A stretch of DNA of 64,000 nt from Eledone cirrhosa. Its lineage: Eukaryota. The stretch is taken from contig OZ024741.1 of NCBI GenBank assembly GCA_964016885.1, positions 54,002,001-54,066,000 of the forward strand. Reading direction: 5' to 3'. How positions within the stretch are numbered: the stretch's first letter is position 1; each line of letters starts with the position of its first letter. The translations under genes and the position numbers were made by a program. The notes beneath the pieces are model-generated. The model saw nothing but the letters and a program-made list of their open reading frames with translations. It was not told the DNA's origin and searched no databases. Positions 31,701 through 43,469 of this stretch are shown here, piece after piece.

Positions 31701-32152
31701 AGCGTGCATCTAAGATCCCGTTCCAGTTGCCCACTAACACTAAAGAGCGGGACGTTCCAAGAAAGGTCTCCAGACGCCGGAAGAAATCAGGCCGCCCTGC
31801 TCCTGTCGGGGCATAGACGGCCACTAGCCTGAAAACTTGCCCGTCTCTGCTGGTCACGTCCAGCACCACCAACTTACCTTCTGGGTCCAGGAAGACGGCC
31901 CGTATGGCGAGATCCAAACTTCTCCGAAAAAGCACAGCAACTCCTCCCCCCCCCCGATCCAGGGCGGCTGGGAGATGCGTACACATCGTAGCCGCCGAAG
32001 ATCGGTGCGAAGGCTCGTGCTTCGGAGATTCTGGTCTCGCTGATGGTCACTACATCTATGTTTAGTGACCTGAGGTCGTTGAGCAGGTGGCCCTGCTTCC
32101 ATGAGGACCCCAAGCCACGCGCATTTATGCTGCCCATTATGAGTGAGGTCAT
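28783..32152 (-). pseudogene. ORF2 (APE endonuclease, reverse transcriptase, zf-RVT), frameshifted with stops
   Basis: Motifs GSINARGL, ISETR, GGVAVL, VYAP, GPGYWKLN, PGLDGLP, FRPITLLNTEFKILA, LDQSKAFDRVDH, GCPLS, AYADD and CPRC..ETVLHALVQC occur in the canonical order. Confidence 0.95.
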
Positions 32153-32199
32153 GTTGAAATGGAGTGGAAAAGATGGGAAAGACCACTTACCTTACTTTT

Positions 32200-34241
32200 C
32201 GTAGAGGAAGGATGGTTTATCCATCCCTTTTCACTTGATCGTCTGGTGAAGGGACCGTTGAATCGTCCCTTCGGCTGGTCGTCGGCTCTTCTGTGAGTAT
32301 ATCCGAATATATTCTCCGATTGAGTGTCCTTCCTAGGTCTCTGAAATCACCAACTGCGTTGGGGAATTTCTTTTTAATGATTGTGTATTGCTTCTGTGCT
32401 ATTCTTACCAGTCTTATGTTCGTTTGTGTTTTGATTGGTGCTGGTATTATGTAGTCGTGCTGTGAAATGTCTGTGTTTCAATTATGTAAGTCATTAGTTT
32501 CTTGTGTGTATTTATTGCTGTGCATTTGTTTTTCTGGGGGTGGGGTGTGGTTCTGCTATTTTCTTGTCGTTGTTGCAGGGTGTGTGTTTTGTTGTTGTGT
32601 TTGCGATGTTGGTGCATGTGGTGGTGGTGTTTAAGGTGTTGTTGTTTGCGGTGGGGTTGCCGCCGGTGGTGATGGTAGTGCGAGTGTGGGTGGTGATGGT
32701 GTTGGTTGTGTTGCTGCTGTAAGTCTCTTTGCAGTAGCCTTTACCCTTTTTTCATTTCTTTCCTCCCTTTTCGAAGGCGACGATGCGCTGCTTCTGCGTT
32801 TGTGCCTTCTTGCGACCTTTTGCCATCCCTCTCCCACCTCACACTCCATGTCCGATTCTGTGAGGTCGGGGAGAGGTACTAGCTCCACTCTTTCACTTGT
32901 TGTTGTTGGTGATGTTTGCAGTGGAGTCTCCCTTTCAGCTGCATTTGGTATTGCTGTTGTTGTTGTTGTTAATACTTCCACTGCTGCTGTTGTTCTTGAT
33001 TTCCGTGGCGTGGGTATGGGTGCCACGGACCTATCCTTCCTGGTTGCCGCCTGTCCTGTTGCTGGTAACAGTGGAGCGGTTTCGGAAGGAGGGGGGTTTT
33101 CTCCATTCTCAGGGTTTTCTCATTGCAGAATGCCCTAAGGTGAGTATTCGATCCACAGCGAAAGCATTTCGGGCGTTTGCCCTCAACACTTATGGGCAGT
33201 TGAGTGCCATTATCGAAGTCTATCACAACCGGGATAGCTTCGATGCACTCCTGGTTGGTTTGGATTAACAGCTCAATGGAGGTGCCGACCTAATCTTCTC
33301 GTACTTTTTTCTGTACTTGCAGTACAATTGTTTTGTCCTCGATTCCGACGAGGACAGACGCGGCTAGCCAAGAAGGGGCCACCCCGGGGGGGAGGGGGGG
33401 GGGTCAGTTTGACCCTCACAATTTTTTGGGATGTGGCAAAAAGCACGTCCACGGTGGCATATTTCTTGTCTCGGGTGATATGCGTTTTCCGCTGCCACAC
33501 AGACCCTAAGGCTTTTTGTATTTGAGCCTCTGTGGTTCTTTCAACCCTACGGGATTTTGTGCTTACTGTACGGTAGGTGACCGTACAGTGCTGTTGGATT
33601 TCGAAAAATGTTTCGGCTGCCTTACAGATTGCTCGGTGTCCGGTTTTCGTCACCATCTTCTTTGCGTCCTGCAATTCCTCATTTGTTATAAGGATGGTTT
33701 CCAGGTTCTTTGGGATACCTGCAAACGATATTGGTTTTTCTTTGTTGTTGTTGTTGTTCTCGTCAGAGCTGCTGTTACTTTTGTTGTTGCTGCTGGTACT
33801 CCGACTGCCGCCGCCGCTGTTGCTGTGGTTGTTGTTGTTGTTGCTGCTGTTGTTGTTGCTGTTGCTGCTAATGCTGTTGTTGTTTATGCTGCTGATGTTG
33901 TTTTCCTTGTCACCGTTGCTGCTGCTGCTGCTGTTATTACGGCTGCTACTGCTATTATTCATGACGTCAGACGAATGAAATGGCTTTCCGTATTTACCGC
34001 ACACATTTTTCGTCGTTGTCGTCGTCGTGGAGAAATGTTCCACGTTTTGCACGTGCTCTTGGAAACTATCAGAAACTATATTTTTCTTTACTGGTGTCGC
34101 TTGCGAAAGAAAAGGGAGGAAGAGAGTCACATTTAGAGAAGGGAGGGAGAGAGACAATCTTCTCTCTGATGTAGTGACGATTGAGGAAGAAGAAGACGGA
34201 ATGAGTGGGAGTGACTTGTGAAAATTATTTTTTATAGCCAT
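32200..34241 (-). pseudogene. ORF1 (gag-like, CCHC knuckle), frameshifted
   Basis: CFRCGSNTHLRAFC (CX2CX4HX4C) and GWQKVARRHKRR are typical of Tx1 ORF1. The 3' boundary is approximate. Confidence 0.78.
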
Positions 34242-34453
34242 GTTTTATTTTATGTAAAATAAATATTGGACCCAAAACCCCAAAGCGGTTATTTAACCCC
34301 GAAGGGCCAAATAACAGGCAGAAAGACCCCTCTCACGAGGAGGAGGGTATTTTTGTCTATAATTTGGTTAAAGTTTTAAACAATTTACAATTGGTATATC
34401 GGTTAAAAATTACTATACCTTACAGAGCCGAGCCTCCGTCAACCATGGCATTC

Positions 34454-34486
<33 letters not shown>

Positions 34487-34605
34487 TGTTTCAACTTTAG
34501 GCACAAGGCCAGCAATTACCCAGTGCATTACTGGTACTTTATTTTATCGACCCCGTAAGGATGAAAGGCAAAGTCAACCTCGGCGGGATTTGAACTCAGA
34601 TCGTA
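34454..34605 (-). mobile_element. 5'-truncated SINE with (AAT)n tail
   Basis: Same family as 28151-28508. Further fragments lie at about 49795-49862 and 54193-54318. Confidence 0.85.
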
Positions 34606-34619
34606 ATAATAATAATAAT

Positions 34620-35123
34620 AATAGTAATAATAATAAATTTGAAGACTAAAATCCAAAGAGGGCTCGATAAGAATAAATATATATCAAATATATAAGAACT
34701 GTAGAGCAAATATTTATTAAAATAACAGATTAAATTAAAAGTAAAGAATCGTTGCTTTCACCCTTAACGGGATCTTCTGAAACTATTTTATTTACTTTAT
34801 TCTTAACTCTGAAGCCGAGAATCATTCGGTTTCCTAAATAGAATATTAGTCTAGGACTTCATTTATACCATAAACGTGGTTTTGTCTTTGCGTGTAATTG
34901 TTTTCACGCTCCAAATAATGACGTATTATCTTCGTTTTTTTTTCGTTCTTTGCCAGGGAACGTTTCCACGAACCAAAGTAACGTCTTCCTGTCTTCATTC
35001 GGTTGCAACGTTTTTTTAAATATTTACTTCTGCGTTCACAGATTGATTTTTTTAGTTTCAGAAGATCCTGTTAAGGGTGAAAGCGGCGATTTTTTGCTTA
35101 AACTTTAATCTGTTATTTTAATA

Positions 35124-35154
<31 letters not shown>

Positions 35155-35640
35155 GTAATAATAATAAATTTGAAGACTAAAATCCAAAGAGAGCTCGATA
35201 AGGATAAATATATATCAAATATATAAGAACCGTAGAGCAAATATTTATTAAAATAACAGATTAAAGTTTAAGCAAAGAATCGCTGCTTTCACCCTTAACG
35301 GATCTTCTGAAACTAACAAAGTCAATCTGTGAACGCAGAAGTAAATATTTCAAAAAACGTTGCAACCGGAGGAAGACAGGAAGACGATACTTTGTTTCGT
35401 GGAAACGTTCCCTGGTAAAGAACGGGAAAAAACGAATATAATACGTCATTATTTGGAGCGTGAAAACAATTACACGCAAAGACAAAACCACGTTTATGGT
35501 ACAAAAGAAGTCGTAGACTAATATTCTATTAGGTGGTTCATAGAGGCGTTCTCTGGCAATGAACCTTGTTAGTTTCAGAAGATCCGTTAAGTGTGAAAGC
35601 AGCGATTATTTGCTTAAACTTTAATCTGTTATTTTAATAA
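34620..35640. mobile_element. Two non-coding PLE pseudo-LTR-like cassettes (family A), each with terminal inverted repeats of about 70 bp
   Basis: ttattaaaataacagattaaa...cttctgaaacta at 34714 and 35246 has reverse complements ending at 35123 and 35640. The body of about 290 bp is + in the first cassette and - in the second. Other pieces lie at 42463-42527, 48566-48594 and 49008-49183. Confidence 0.75.
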
Positions 35641-36213
35641 TTAATATATATATATTATATTATATAACAGTAGCAGAAAAACCACATGAAGGGTGGTTTT
35701 CTGCTAGCATGTGCAGTGTGCATATTGATATTATACGCAAGTATATATATGCATGTAGATATGATACATCAAATAACATCCTAATTGACAATATACACAG
35801 AAAATGAACGAAGACTCCGTTACACTGTCTTATGTAATCAGTAAAGTAATCCATGATACATTAAAAAAGACGATATTATATATAAACTGCATTAGGAAAA
35901 AAATTAGTGACGGAAATATATGAATGTTTATTTGAGCCATCGCTAACCGGAAGTATTGACACTTGAAATGTTAAAGAAGTGAATATTTAAAATGAGTAAC
36001 AAAATAATTTATATTTAATCAAGAATAACGAAATTTAATAGTTAAATTATGTAATAGACATTCTTTATTTATTCAAACTTATTTTACAAACGGGATGAAA
36101 AAATATATTCTGGACACAGTCCCGCACTCTTTACTTTATTATAGTTTAGATATATATAATATATATAATATAATATTATATATATTATATATAATATAAT
36201 ATAATATAATATA

Positions 36214-36294
<81 letters not shown>

Positions 36295-36307
36295 GTATAT
36301 ATATATA

Positions 36308-36590
36308 AAAGTCAGCTCAAAAGTGACACAGAGGAGACTGAGGTTAGCTGGACATGCTCACCGACATCCAGAGTTGACATTGCACTCAGTGCTCCTTTGG
36401 TAGCCCCTACATGGACACACTAGAAGAGGAAGACCAAGGTTAACGTATGTTGATGCCCTAAGGACAGACACTGGTCTGTTGGAGACGCAGGACATGGCAG
36501 CGATAATGAGGGACAGAGACCGCTGGAGAGAACTCGTCCATGGATATCGGGAATTTTACCCGCCTTAGAAAGATAGATATATAGATATAT
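36308..36590 (+). mobile_element. 3' end of an RTE-group LINE
   Basis: Translates as QRRLRLAGHAHRHPE..LLW*PLHG..RRGRPRLTYVDALR.D...MRDRDRWRELV, then a stop and an agat/at tail. Confidence 0.82.
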
Positions 36591-36592
36591 AA

Positions 36593-36867
36593 AGTCTAAA
36601 GTCTGTCTTAAGCCAGGAGGCTCATTTGCCGGTGCTTATCTCGGTGTTTTGGCGTGAAGCGACTGAGAGTACAAGACTAACCCCTGGTCAGTACGCCAGT
36701 GCATCGCAGGTTTAAACCCCGAGCTATTGCTGGTACTTATTTTCAGCTGAGTATACTGGAGTAAGGTGAAGTGTTTTGCTCTGAACACAACACGCAACCC
36801 AAGAATGGAACCCTCGACACTATGATCGTAAGTCCAACACCCTTACCACTAGGCCACGTGCGTCCAC
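36593..36867 (-). mobile_element. tRNA-derived SINE (CORE-like central domain)
   Basis: Minus-strand head ggacgcacgTGGCCTAGTGGtaagggtgttggac...GGTTCCATTC, followed by ctccagtatactcagctgaaaataagtacc. Confidence 0.8.
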
Positions 36868-36895
36868 GCATACACACATACACACACACACACAC

Positions 36896-37010
<115 letters not shown>

Positions 37011-37034
37011 GAGGCACATATATATATATATATG

Positions 37035-38460
37035 CTGGACCACCTACACAAAAACCTCCTCATTCTATGTAAAGATGAAAACATGAAGAAAACATCCTAG
37101 AAACACACAAGATCATTAAAAGTAAAAAGCAACTCAAAACACTAAAACACATTCTCACTGGAACAAATATACATAATCCAATCTCCTGCTTTACAGTAAC
37201 AAAATACTGAAGAACAAACTGTGGCACATTCCTATACGTAATTGAAGGACAAAAATTCACATTTAAAGATGGCCAAAGTTTCACAGTGAAAAACAGCTTC
37301 ACTTGCAACTCAGAGAACCTGATCTACGTAATTACATATGGTGGATGTCGACATAACTGCATAGGACAGACGGGTGTGTCAATACGCAAAAGAATGACCA
37401 TCCATCGCCAACAAATCTGAGACGTAAACACAAGAATAATCCTCTTAAGTAGCCATATTGCAGATTGTACAGGAATGACCCTACCCAACTTTTAAAATCT
37501 GTCCCCTTTACAAGTGCCCCGATCCTTTCACTCAACAACAAAAAATAAATATAGAAGAACTATTTATTAACAAATTTAAATCAAAATTAAATATGTAATC
37601 GCCTCCATTAGATTCCCCTCCCCCCCCCCCACCACATACCCACACACACACACCAGGAAATAAGAAAAAAATTGCACATACACACACACAGTTTCCAAAA
37701 ATTCTTGATTGAAAACTACCACTGATGCTTTGTTCTGTTATTTTTTTTTATTTCCCACCACAAAGGGACATCTGATAGACAGGCTGAAGCACATATTCCC
37801 CCCCCCCCCACACACACGTGCACATACACACATGTCTGTATTTTTATACATACACTCTCACACGTACACACCCACACTCTCTAAAACCATATTCCAAAAA
37901 TAGAATTCCTTTTACAACCCTACTTTTGCCTATGTCATAGAATTTGTCTCTAGCTTACAATTCCCCCTCTTCGCCACCCCAATCTGAACTCTTGACCAGT
38001 CCATTAACTCAATTGAGTTACACAGCAATATTTAAAAATTATCTCCCTCTCCCTAAAAACAAGTTTGTTCTGTGTGATAAAACACAACTACCACCACTGC
38101 TACTGCTACTAACATGACTTCACCTCCTTCTATATACACAAGAGTTCATCTTTCAACAAGGAAGATGAAAAAAACTTCTCAACAAGGAAGATGAAAAAAA
38201 CTTGCCTCGACACTTAATTTTAAATCTTTAATTTTTAGTTTTTAATTCTTATTAATTCTTTTTAATTGTAATACTCAACATTTGATAAGATGAATTTTAC
38301 TAATACATCGAAACCGGTTATACTTGATATACTTTATATACATTATAAAACTCTTTTTTAAAAGAATTACCCCTCTCATTTTTTCAATGATGTCACTTTG
38401 ACGAACCAAAGAAAGGAAAAAATGAAAAACATATTTTCCGTTATATTTCCAATTTCACAT
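37035..38460 (+). mobile_element. 5'-truncated Penelope-like element (Neptune-like GIY-YIG remnant plus 3' UTR)
   Basis: Translates as FTCNSENLIYVITYGGCRHNCIGQTG..IRKRMTIHRQQI...SSHIADC. A degenerate hammerhead ttgataa gatg..catc GAAA ccgg tt lies at 38282-38319. Confidence 0.8.
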
Positions 38461-38726
38461 TCCCCCCTCTCTCTCTGTCTCTCTCTTTCTCTCTGTATAT
38501 ATATATATATGCATAAAATCTATTATATGTTCAGCGGAAGTTGTCTGGGTAAATATAGGAGGAGTAAGCAGAAGAAAGCTCTCTACATTCGTAGTTTGTA
38601 GTTACGATGAAGATTCCGTATAAGAATAACATTAAGAAAGATGCTGATGTTACAAAAATCATTTATTCATATTGATTATTTCAACGGCTCTCTAATTATA
38701 TATATATTAATATATAATTTATAATA

Positions 38727-38758
<32 letters not shown>

Positions 38759-38799
38759 CGATATTAAATAAATGGAAACTATATTTATAAAACCATATT

Positions 38800-38865
38800 T
38801 ATTTCATTATATATATTTCAGGGATATCATATTAAAAATATGGTATGCCTTCTTCAGACAAAATA
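38800..38865 (-). ncRNA. Type I hammerhead ribozyme, inverted-LTR copy
   Basis: Reverse complement of 42256-42321 with one extra stem II pair (catatt/aatatg). Confidence 0.75.
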
Positions 38866-39132
38866 CAATATAAACAGTCTTATAAATAGATAGATTTGAC
38901 ATACCTTACAACTTCAACTTCCATTTAAAAAGTTGATTTGGTAGTGAAAAATGTTAGGGACAGTTATAAAAAGAAAGAAAGAAAAAAGAAAGAAAAAAAG
39001 CGAAGAAAAAGAAGAAATGCATGCAACTAAACAGAGAGAGATAGATATAGAGAGATAGATAGAGAGAAGAAATTCATGTAAAGAAACAGAGAGAGAGAGA
39101 TAGAGAGAGAAAAAACACAGAGGGAGATAGAT

Positions 39133-39164
<32 letters not shown>

Positions 39165-39570
39165 AAAAATAGAGAGAGATAGATATAGATAGAGATAGAG
39201 AGAAAGAAAATAGGTAGTTGGGCACCAGTTGAATGACGTATCAATGATATATTTATTTATTTATTTATTTAGTTCTAGTATTAAGGTAGAGAGAAATATA
39301 TGTGGTTAGAAGAGAAAACAGCCGTTACATAGAGAGAAAAGAAAAATATCCAGAGATAAACGAGGCAGATTTAAAACATTATGTTTCATCAATGTAAAAA
39401 TATCAATTCGTATGAATTAGGTATTATAATGTAAATATCAGTATTCATGAATGAGACACGTATCAATAATGTGTGAAAAATAATGATCATATGTCTAGTT
39501 TAAAATTCCTAGGTTTATATCAGAACTGAGTTAAAAAACTGAAATAAAAAAAAATGAGATAAAAAACTCA

Positions 39571-40824
39571 GCTCAGGTAACTGACCTTGTGGGCCTATTT
39601 ATAATCAATTCGCTGCATAGGAAAATATCCGGTGCTACCGGAGGTTTATATAGAGATGACATGCTTTTACTTATTGAAAATAATAACTCTGAACTAAATA
39701 GAAAAAGAAAACAAATTACACAATTTTTTAATTACTTTAATCTAAAAATAGAAATTGAGAATAACCAGAGAATAGTCAATTTCCTAGATGTAACATTAAA
39801 TCTCAACACATTTCTTCACTATCCATTTCACAAGTTGAATGAAAACTTAAACTATGTCAGTTTTAACTCTAACCACCCCAGATCTGTTAAAAATACTATA
39901 GTGAACTCTGTTCAAAAACGTATCTCTAGAATCTCATCTAATAAAAAGATTTTCGACGAAAAAGCCCAGTATTACAATGAAGCGTTAGCTAGAGCAGGAT
40001 ATAGTGATAAAATTATGTACATAGATAATAATAGACAAACTAACCAAAATAACAATAATTTTAATTACGGCAACAACTTTAACAACTATAATAGAAAGCA
40101 TTACAATAATTCCAAAAGCCAAAAAAGAAATAGAACTAGGAATATAATATGGTTTGCCCCCCCCCCCCCTTTCTCACTAAACATTAAAACCCACATCGCT
40201 AAACTATTTTTTAATGCTCTTGATAATCGCTTCCCTAGAACACATAGGTATCACTCAATTTTCAATAGACATACTATAAAATTAACTTACTCATCCACCA
40301 AAAATTTAGCACAAAATATTAATAGAATAAATAATAGGAATTTAAAACCTAGCCAAAATACCGATAATAGCATAAATAATATCCAAGTAAACAAATGTAA
40401 CTGTAGAGATAGATCTAAATGTCCGTTAAATAACAATTGCTTAGTTAAAAATATAATATACAATTGTAATGTTAAAACGGACTTAAATTCTTTTAACTAT
40501 GTTGGTTCCACCTCGACAGAATTTAAACTTCGCTATAATAACCACAAGAATTCTTTCACAGATCCAAGCAAAAAATCTTCAACATCACTATCAGGCTTAC
40601 TCTGGCAACTTAAGCATGATAACGTTGGATATTCGACGGCTTGGAATATAGTCTCAAGAGGGATTCCTTTTAATTCATCCTCTGAGACATGTGACCTCTG
40701 CGCGGAGGAGATATTCTTTATACTAAAATCTAAAAATTCCCTTAATTTACGGACAAATTTATTCAGTTGCTGCAGACATAGATTGAACTCAACTTTTAAA
40801 TATAAATATAAATTTAAAATGTAG
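39571..40824 (+). CDS. PLE polyprotein C-terminal part: RT palm/thumb plus GIY-YIG endonuclease (5'-truncated, frame open)
   Basis: Motifs AQVTDLVGLFII, GLYRDD, VNFLDVTLNL, SNHP, IIWFAPP, CNCRDRSKCPLNNNC, NIIY..YVGST..FKLRYNNHKNSF, CDLCAEE and CCRH. There is no genuine start codon. The clade is tentatively Nematis-like. Confidence 0.9.
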   Translation, partial: AQVTDLVGLFIINSLHRKISGATGGLYRDDMLLLIENNNSELNRKRKQITQFFNYFNLKIEIENNQRIVNFLDVTLNLNTFLHYPFHKLNENLNYVSFNSNHPRSVKNTIVNSVQKRISRISSNKKIFDEKAQYYNEALARAGYSDKIMYIDNNRQTNQNNNNFNYGNNFNNYNRKHYNNSKSQKRNRTRNIIWFAPPPPFSLNIKTHIAKLFFNALDNRFPRTHRYHSIFNRHTIKLTYSSTKNLAQNINRINNRNLKPSQNTDNSINNIQVNKCNCRDRSKCPLNNNCLVKNIIYNCNVKTDLNSFNYVGSTSTEFKLRYNNHKNSFTDPSKKSSTSLSGLLWQLKHDNVGYSTAWNIVSRGIPFNSSSETCDLCAEEIFFILKSKNSLNLRTNLFSCCRHRLNSTFKYKYKFKM

Positions 40825-41942
40825 TATATTTACTTATGATTTATAATTATTTATGAAACTCGCCGATAAATCTTTCGATTTCTTTTTTTTTTTTTTTTTT
40901 TAAACATTCTTCATGAATAAGTAAACTACCCTAAAAGCTGATGCTCCAAATATATCGAATAAATTTTACACTAGATAAACTTCTATAATAAATATAAGAC
41001 CATCTGTAGATCAAATGGGTATCCTAAACTTTTGGAATGATTTCTGCTAGACAGGATTTGGTAAATAATTTTGGTTTTGTTTGCTTTTGATTCTGATGCT
41101 TATAATGAACTTGGCAATATATTGTCAATTAATTTTGAAGGGTTGATCTCTGTGGTTGATTTGCGGGGCATACTGTGTTTTATTTTTAATATTTTTTAAT
41201 TTTTTGATATTTTTATTGATATATTGATATCTGTTGTCTATTTATGCTTGAACGATAATCATGTAGAGTAAAGACAAGAATAGTATTGTTAAAATTAATG
41301 TAGATTCTATATATATTTGTGTGTATGTACACATATATGTATACTAGAATTTTTATAGCACAATGAGAATGTTTTCATGTGAAATAGGAATTTGCAGAGT
41401 TGATCACGTAAATTCACATGGAAGTTGATAGTATCGAATCTGGGATAACCTTCTATTTTCTTTTTCTTTTTCTTTTTTCATGAAACTGCATATATACTTA
41501 TGTATTTCAATTTTTTTTTTTTTTTTTTTTTTTTATCTCAGTTTTTTATCTCAGTTTTTTATCTCAGTTTTTTTATCTCAGTTCTGATATAAACCTAGGA
41601 ATTTTAAACTAGACATATGATCATTATTTTTCACACATTATTGATACGTGTCTCATTCATGAATACTGATATTTACATTATAATACCTAATTCATACGAA
41701 TTGATATTTTTACATTGATGAAACATAATGTTTTAAATCTGCCTCGTTTATCTCTGGATATTTTTCTTTTCTCTCTATGTAACGGCTGTTTTCTCTCCTA
41801 ACCACATATATCTCTCTCTACCTTAATACTAGAACTAAATAAATAAATAAATAAATATATCATTGATACGTCATTCAACTGGTGCCCAACTACCTATTTT
41901 CTTTCTCTCTATCTCTATCTATGTCTATCTCTCTCTATTTTT

Positions 41943-41980
<38 letters not shown>

Positions 41981-42255
41981 CTATCTATCCCCCTCTGTGT
42001 TTTTTCTCTCTCTATCTATCTCTCTCTGTTTCTTTACATGAATTTCTTCTCTCTATCTATCTCTCTATATCTATCTCTCTCTGTTTAGTTGCATGCATTT
42101 CTTCTTTTTCTTCGCTTTTTTTCTTTCTTTTTTTTTTTTCTTTCTTTCTTTTTATAACTGTCCCTAACATTTTTCACTACCAAATCAACTTTTTAAATGG
42201 AAGTTGAAGTTGTAAGGTATGTCAAATCTATCTATTTATAAGACTGTTTATATTG

Positions 42256-42321
42256 TATTTTGTCTGAAGAAGGCATACCATATTTTTAATATCATATCCC
42301 TGAAATATATATAATGAAATA
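42256..42321 (+). ncRNA. Type I hammerhead ribozyme in PLE pseudo-LTR
   Basis: tattttgt CTGAAGA aggcataccatatttttaatatcatatccct GAA ATATATAT A atgaaata. Stem I has 8 bp (2 G-U) and stem III is palindromic. Confidence 0.75.
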
Positions 42322-42555
42322 AATATGGTTTTATAAATATAGTTTCCATTTATTTAATATCGTAAATATACTCCAAATACTTGTTGAGTGCTTTTATATC
42401 AGTTATAAATATTTACTCGTTGTAACCCAACAATTTAAATAAAACTTTGCATATATATATATATTAAAATGACAGATTAAAGTTTAAGCAAAGAATCGCT
42501 GCTTTCACCCTTAACGGGATCTTCTGATATATATATGTGTGTGTGTGTGTGTATA

Positions 42556-42587
<32 letters not shown>

Positions 42588-42780
42588 CGTACCCATATAG
42601 TTATATCATAGCATTACAGAGTTGTCCATTAAAATGTTTTAACTGTCCCTCTCCCACTTTCTCAAATACACACTCACATATGCGCGCACATACACGCATA
42701 GATACAAACATGCACATACGTACATACGTACATACATACTTACATACTTACATACATACATACGTACGTACATACATACA

Positions 42781-43371
42781 TGGTGGCTGCCAACTCGTTT
42801 TCGAGTACGGCCACTACTTTATATCCATGTAGGAGAACCCCTACCGATGCGCTGAACAAGTGTGACTTTTTAGTCCAGCCAGCGACTTGAAAACTCTGGT
42901 ACAAACACTACACTTGTGACAATTATTGATACATAGTGCTGGGCCCATGGTACCATGTGACAACAAGTGCAGAGAGCTCTCCAGATATAAAGCAATGCCT
43001 GTGCCGTGAAGCTTTTATAGTGAGCAAAGGCACTGCACAAAGCCAGTCCCACTCTCTTAACTAAGATGATATTTACCAAAAAGAAGAACAAGTCAACATC
43101 ATTGGATACCATCAGGGTTGCAGGTGTTATATCAGAGTTTTCCTTCTCCTAGAATTCTGCCTTGACAAAGGCTAAGGGGTCATCTCTCCCGGTGATTTTG
43201 GATGGCCATTGACTCTTAAGAGCTCCTTTGCCCTTTGACAGGTTTTGTTTTTAGTCCTGCAGGATGTCCAAAGTCACCCTCCTCACCAAGAAACCTTGGT
43301 GGGGTTGCCAGTTTAGTCGCCAACGACCCGACCATGAGACAGGTTGTACTGGGATACATGTTACCAGTAGC
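42781..43371 (-). mobile_element. Non-coding interspersed repeat, RTE 5'UTR-like
   Basis: A second diverged copy lies at about 48154-48547. It contains ctaggagaaggaaaactctga on the minus strand and is flanked by (TACA)n tracts. The family assignment is from memory. Confidence 0.55.
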
Positions 43372-43469
43372 ATACATACATACATACATACATACATACA
43401 TACATACATACATACATACATACATACATACATACATACATACATACATACATACATACATACATACAT
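43370..43469. repeat. (CATA)n microsatellite
   Basis: Read directly from the sequence. Confidence 0.95.

Larger units (their letters stand above)
28531..34453 (-). mobile_element. Full-length decayed L1/Tx1-clade non-LTR retrotransposon (about 5.9 kb) inserted in (AAT)n
   Basis: ORF1 has a zinc knuckle and ORF2 has APE, RT and a C-terminal zinc finger. AATAAA lies just before the 3' end, and (AAT)n abuts both ends. Confidence 0.92.
38757..42450 (+). mobile_element. Penelope-like element, 5'-truncated, with inverted pseudo-LTR of about 800 bp
   Basis: 38757-39566 is the near-perfect reverse complement of about 41550-42364. The right copy has an extra 3' extension of about 85 bp. The element is flanked by (TA)n. 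Confidence 0.92.

Noticed and set aside
35671-35706. Hairpin tagcagaaaaaccac/gtggttttctgcta as a terminator or Helitron end
   Set aside because: It is isolated and imperfect, with no matching element boundary.
36790-36867. tRNA genes (also near 27360-27425 and 28430-28508)
   Set aside because: These are SINE heads with A/B boxes but no complete cloverleaf.
40990-41200. Possible extra ORF in the PLE 3' region
   Set aside because: Only short open stretches exist on either strand, with no recognisable motif.
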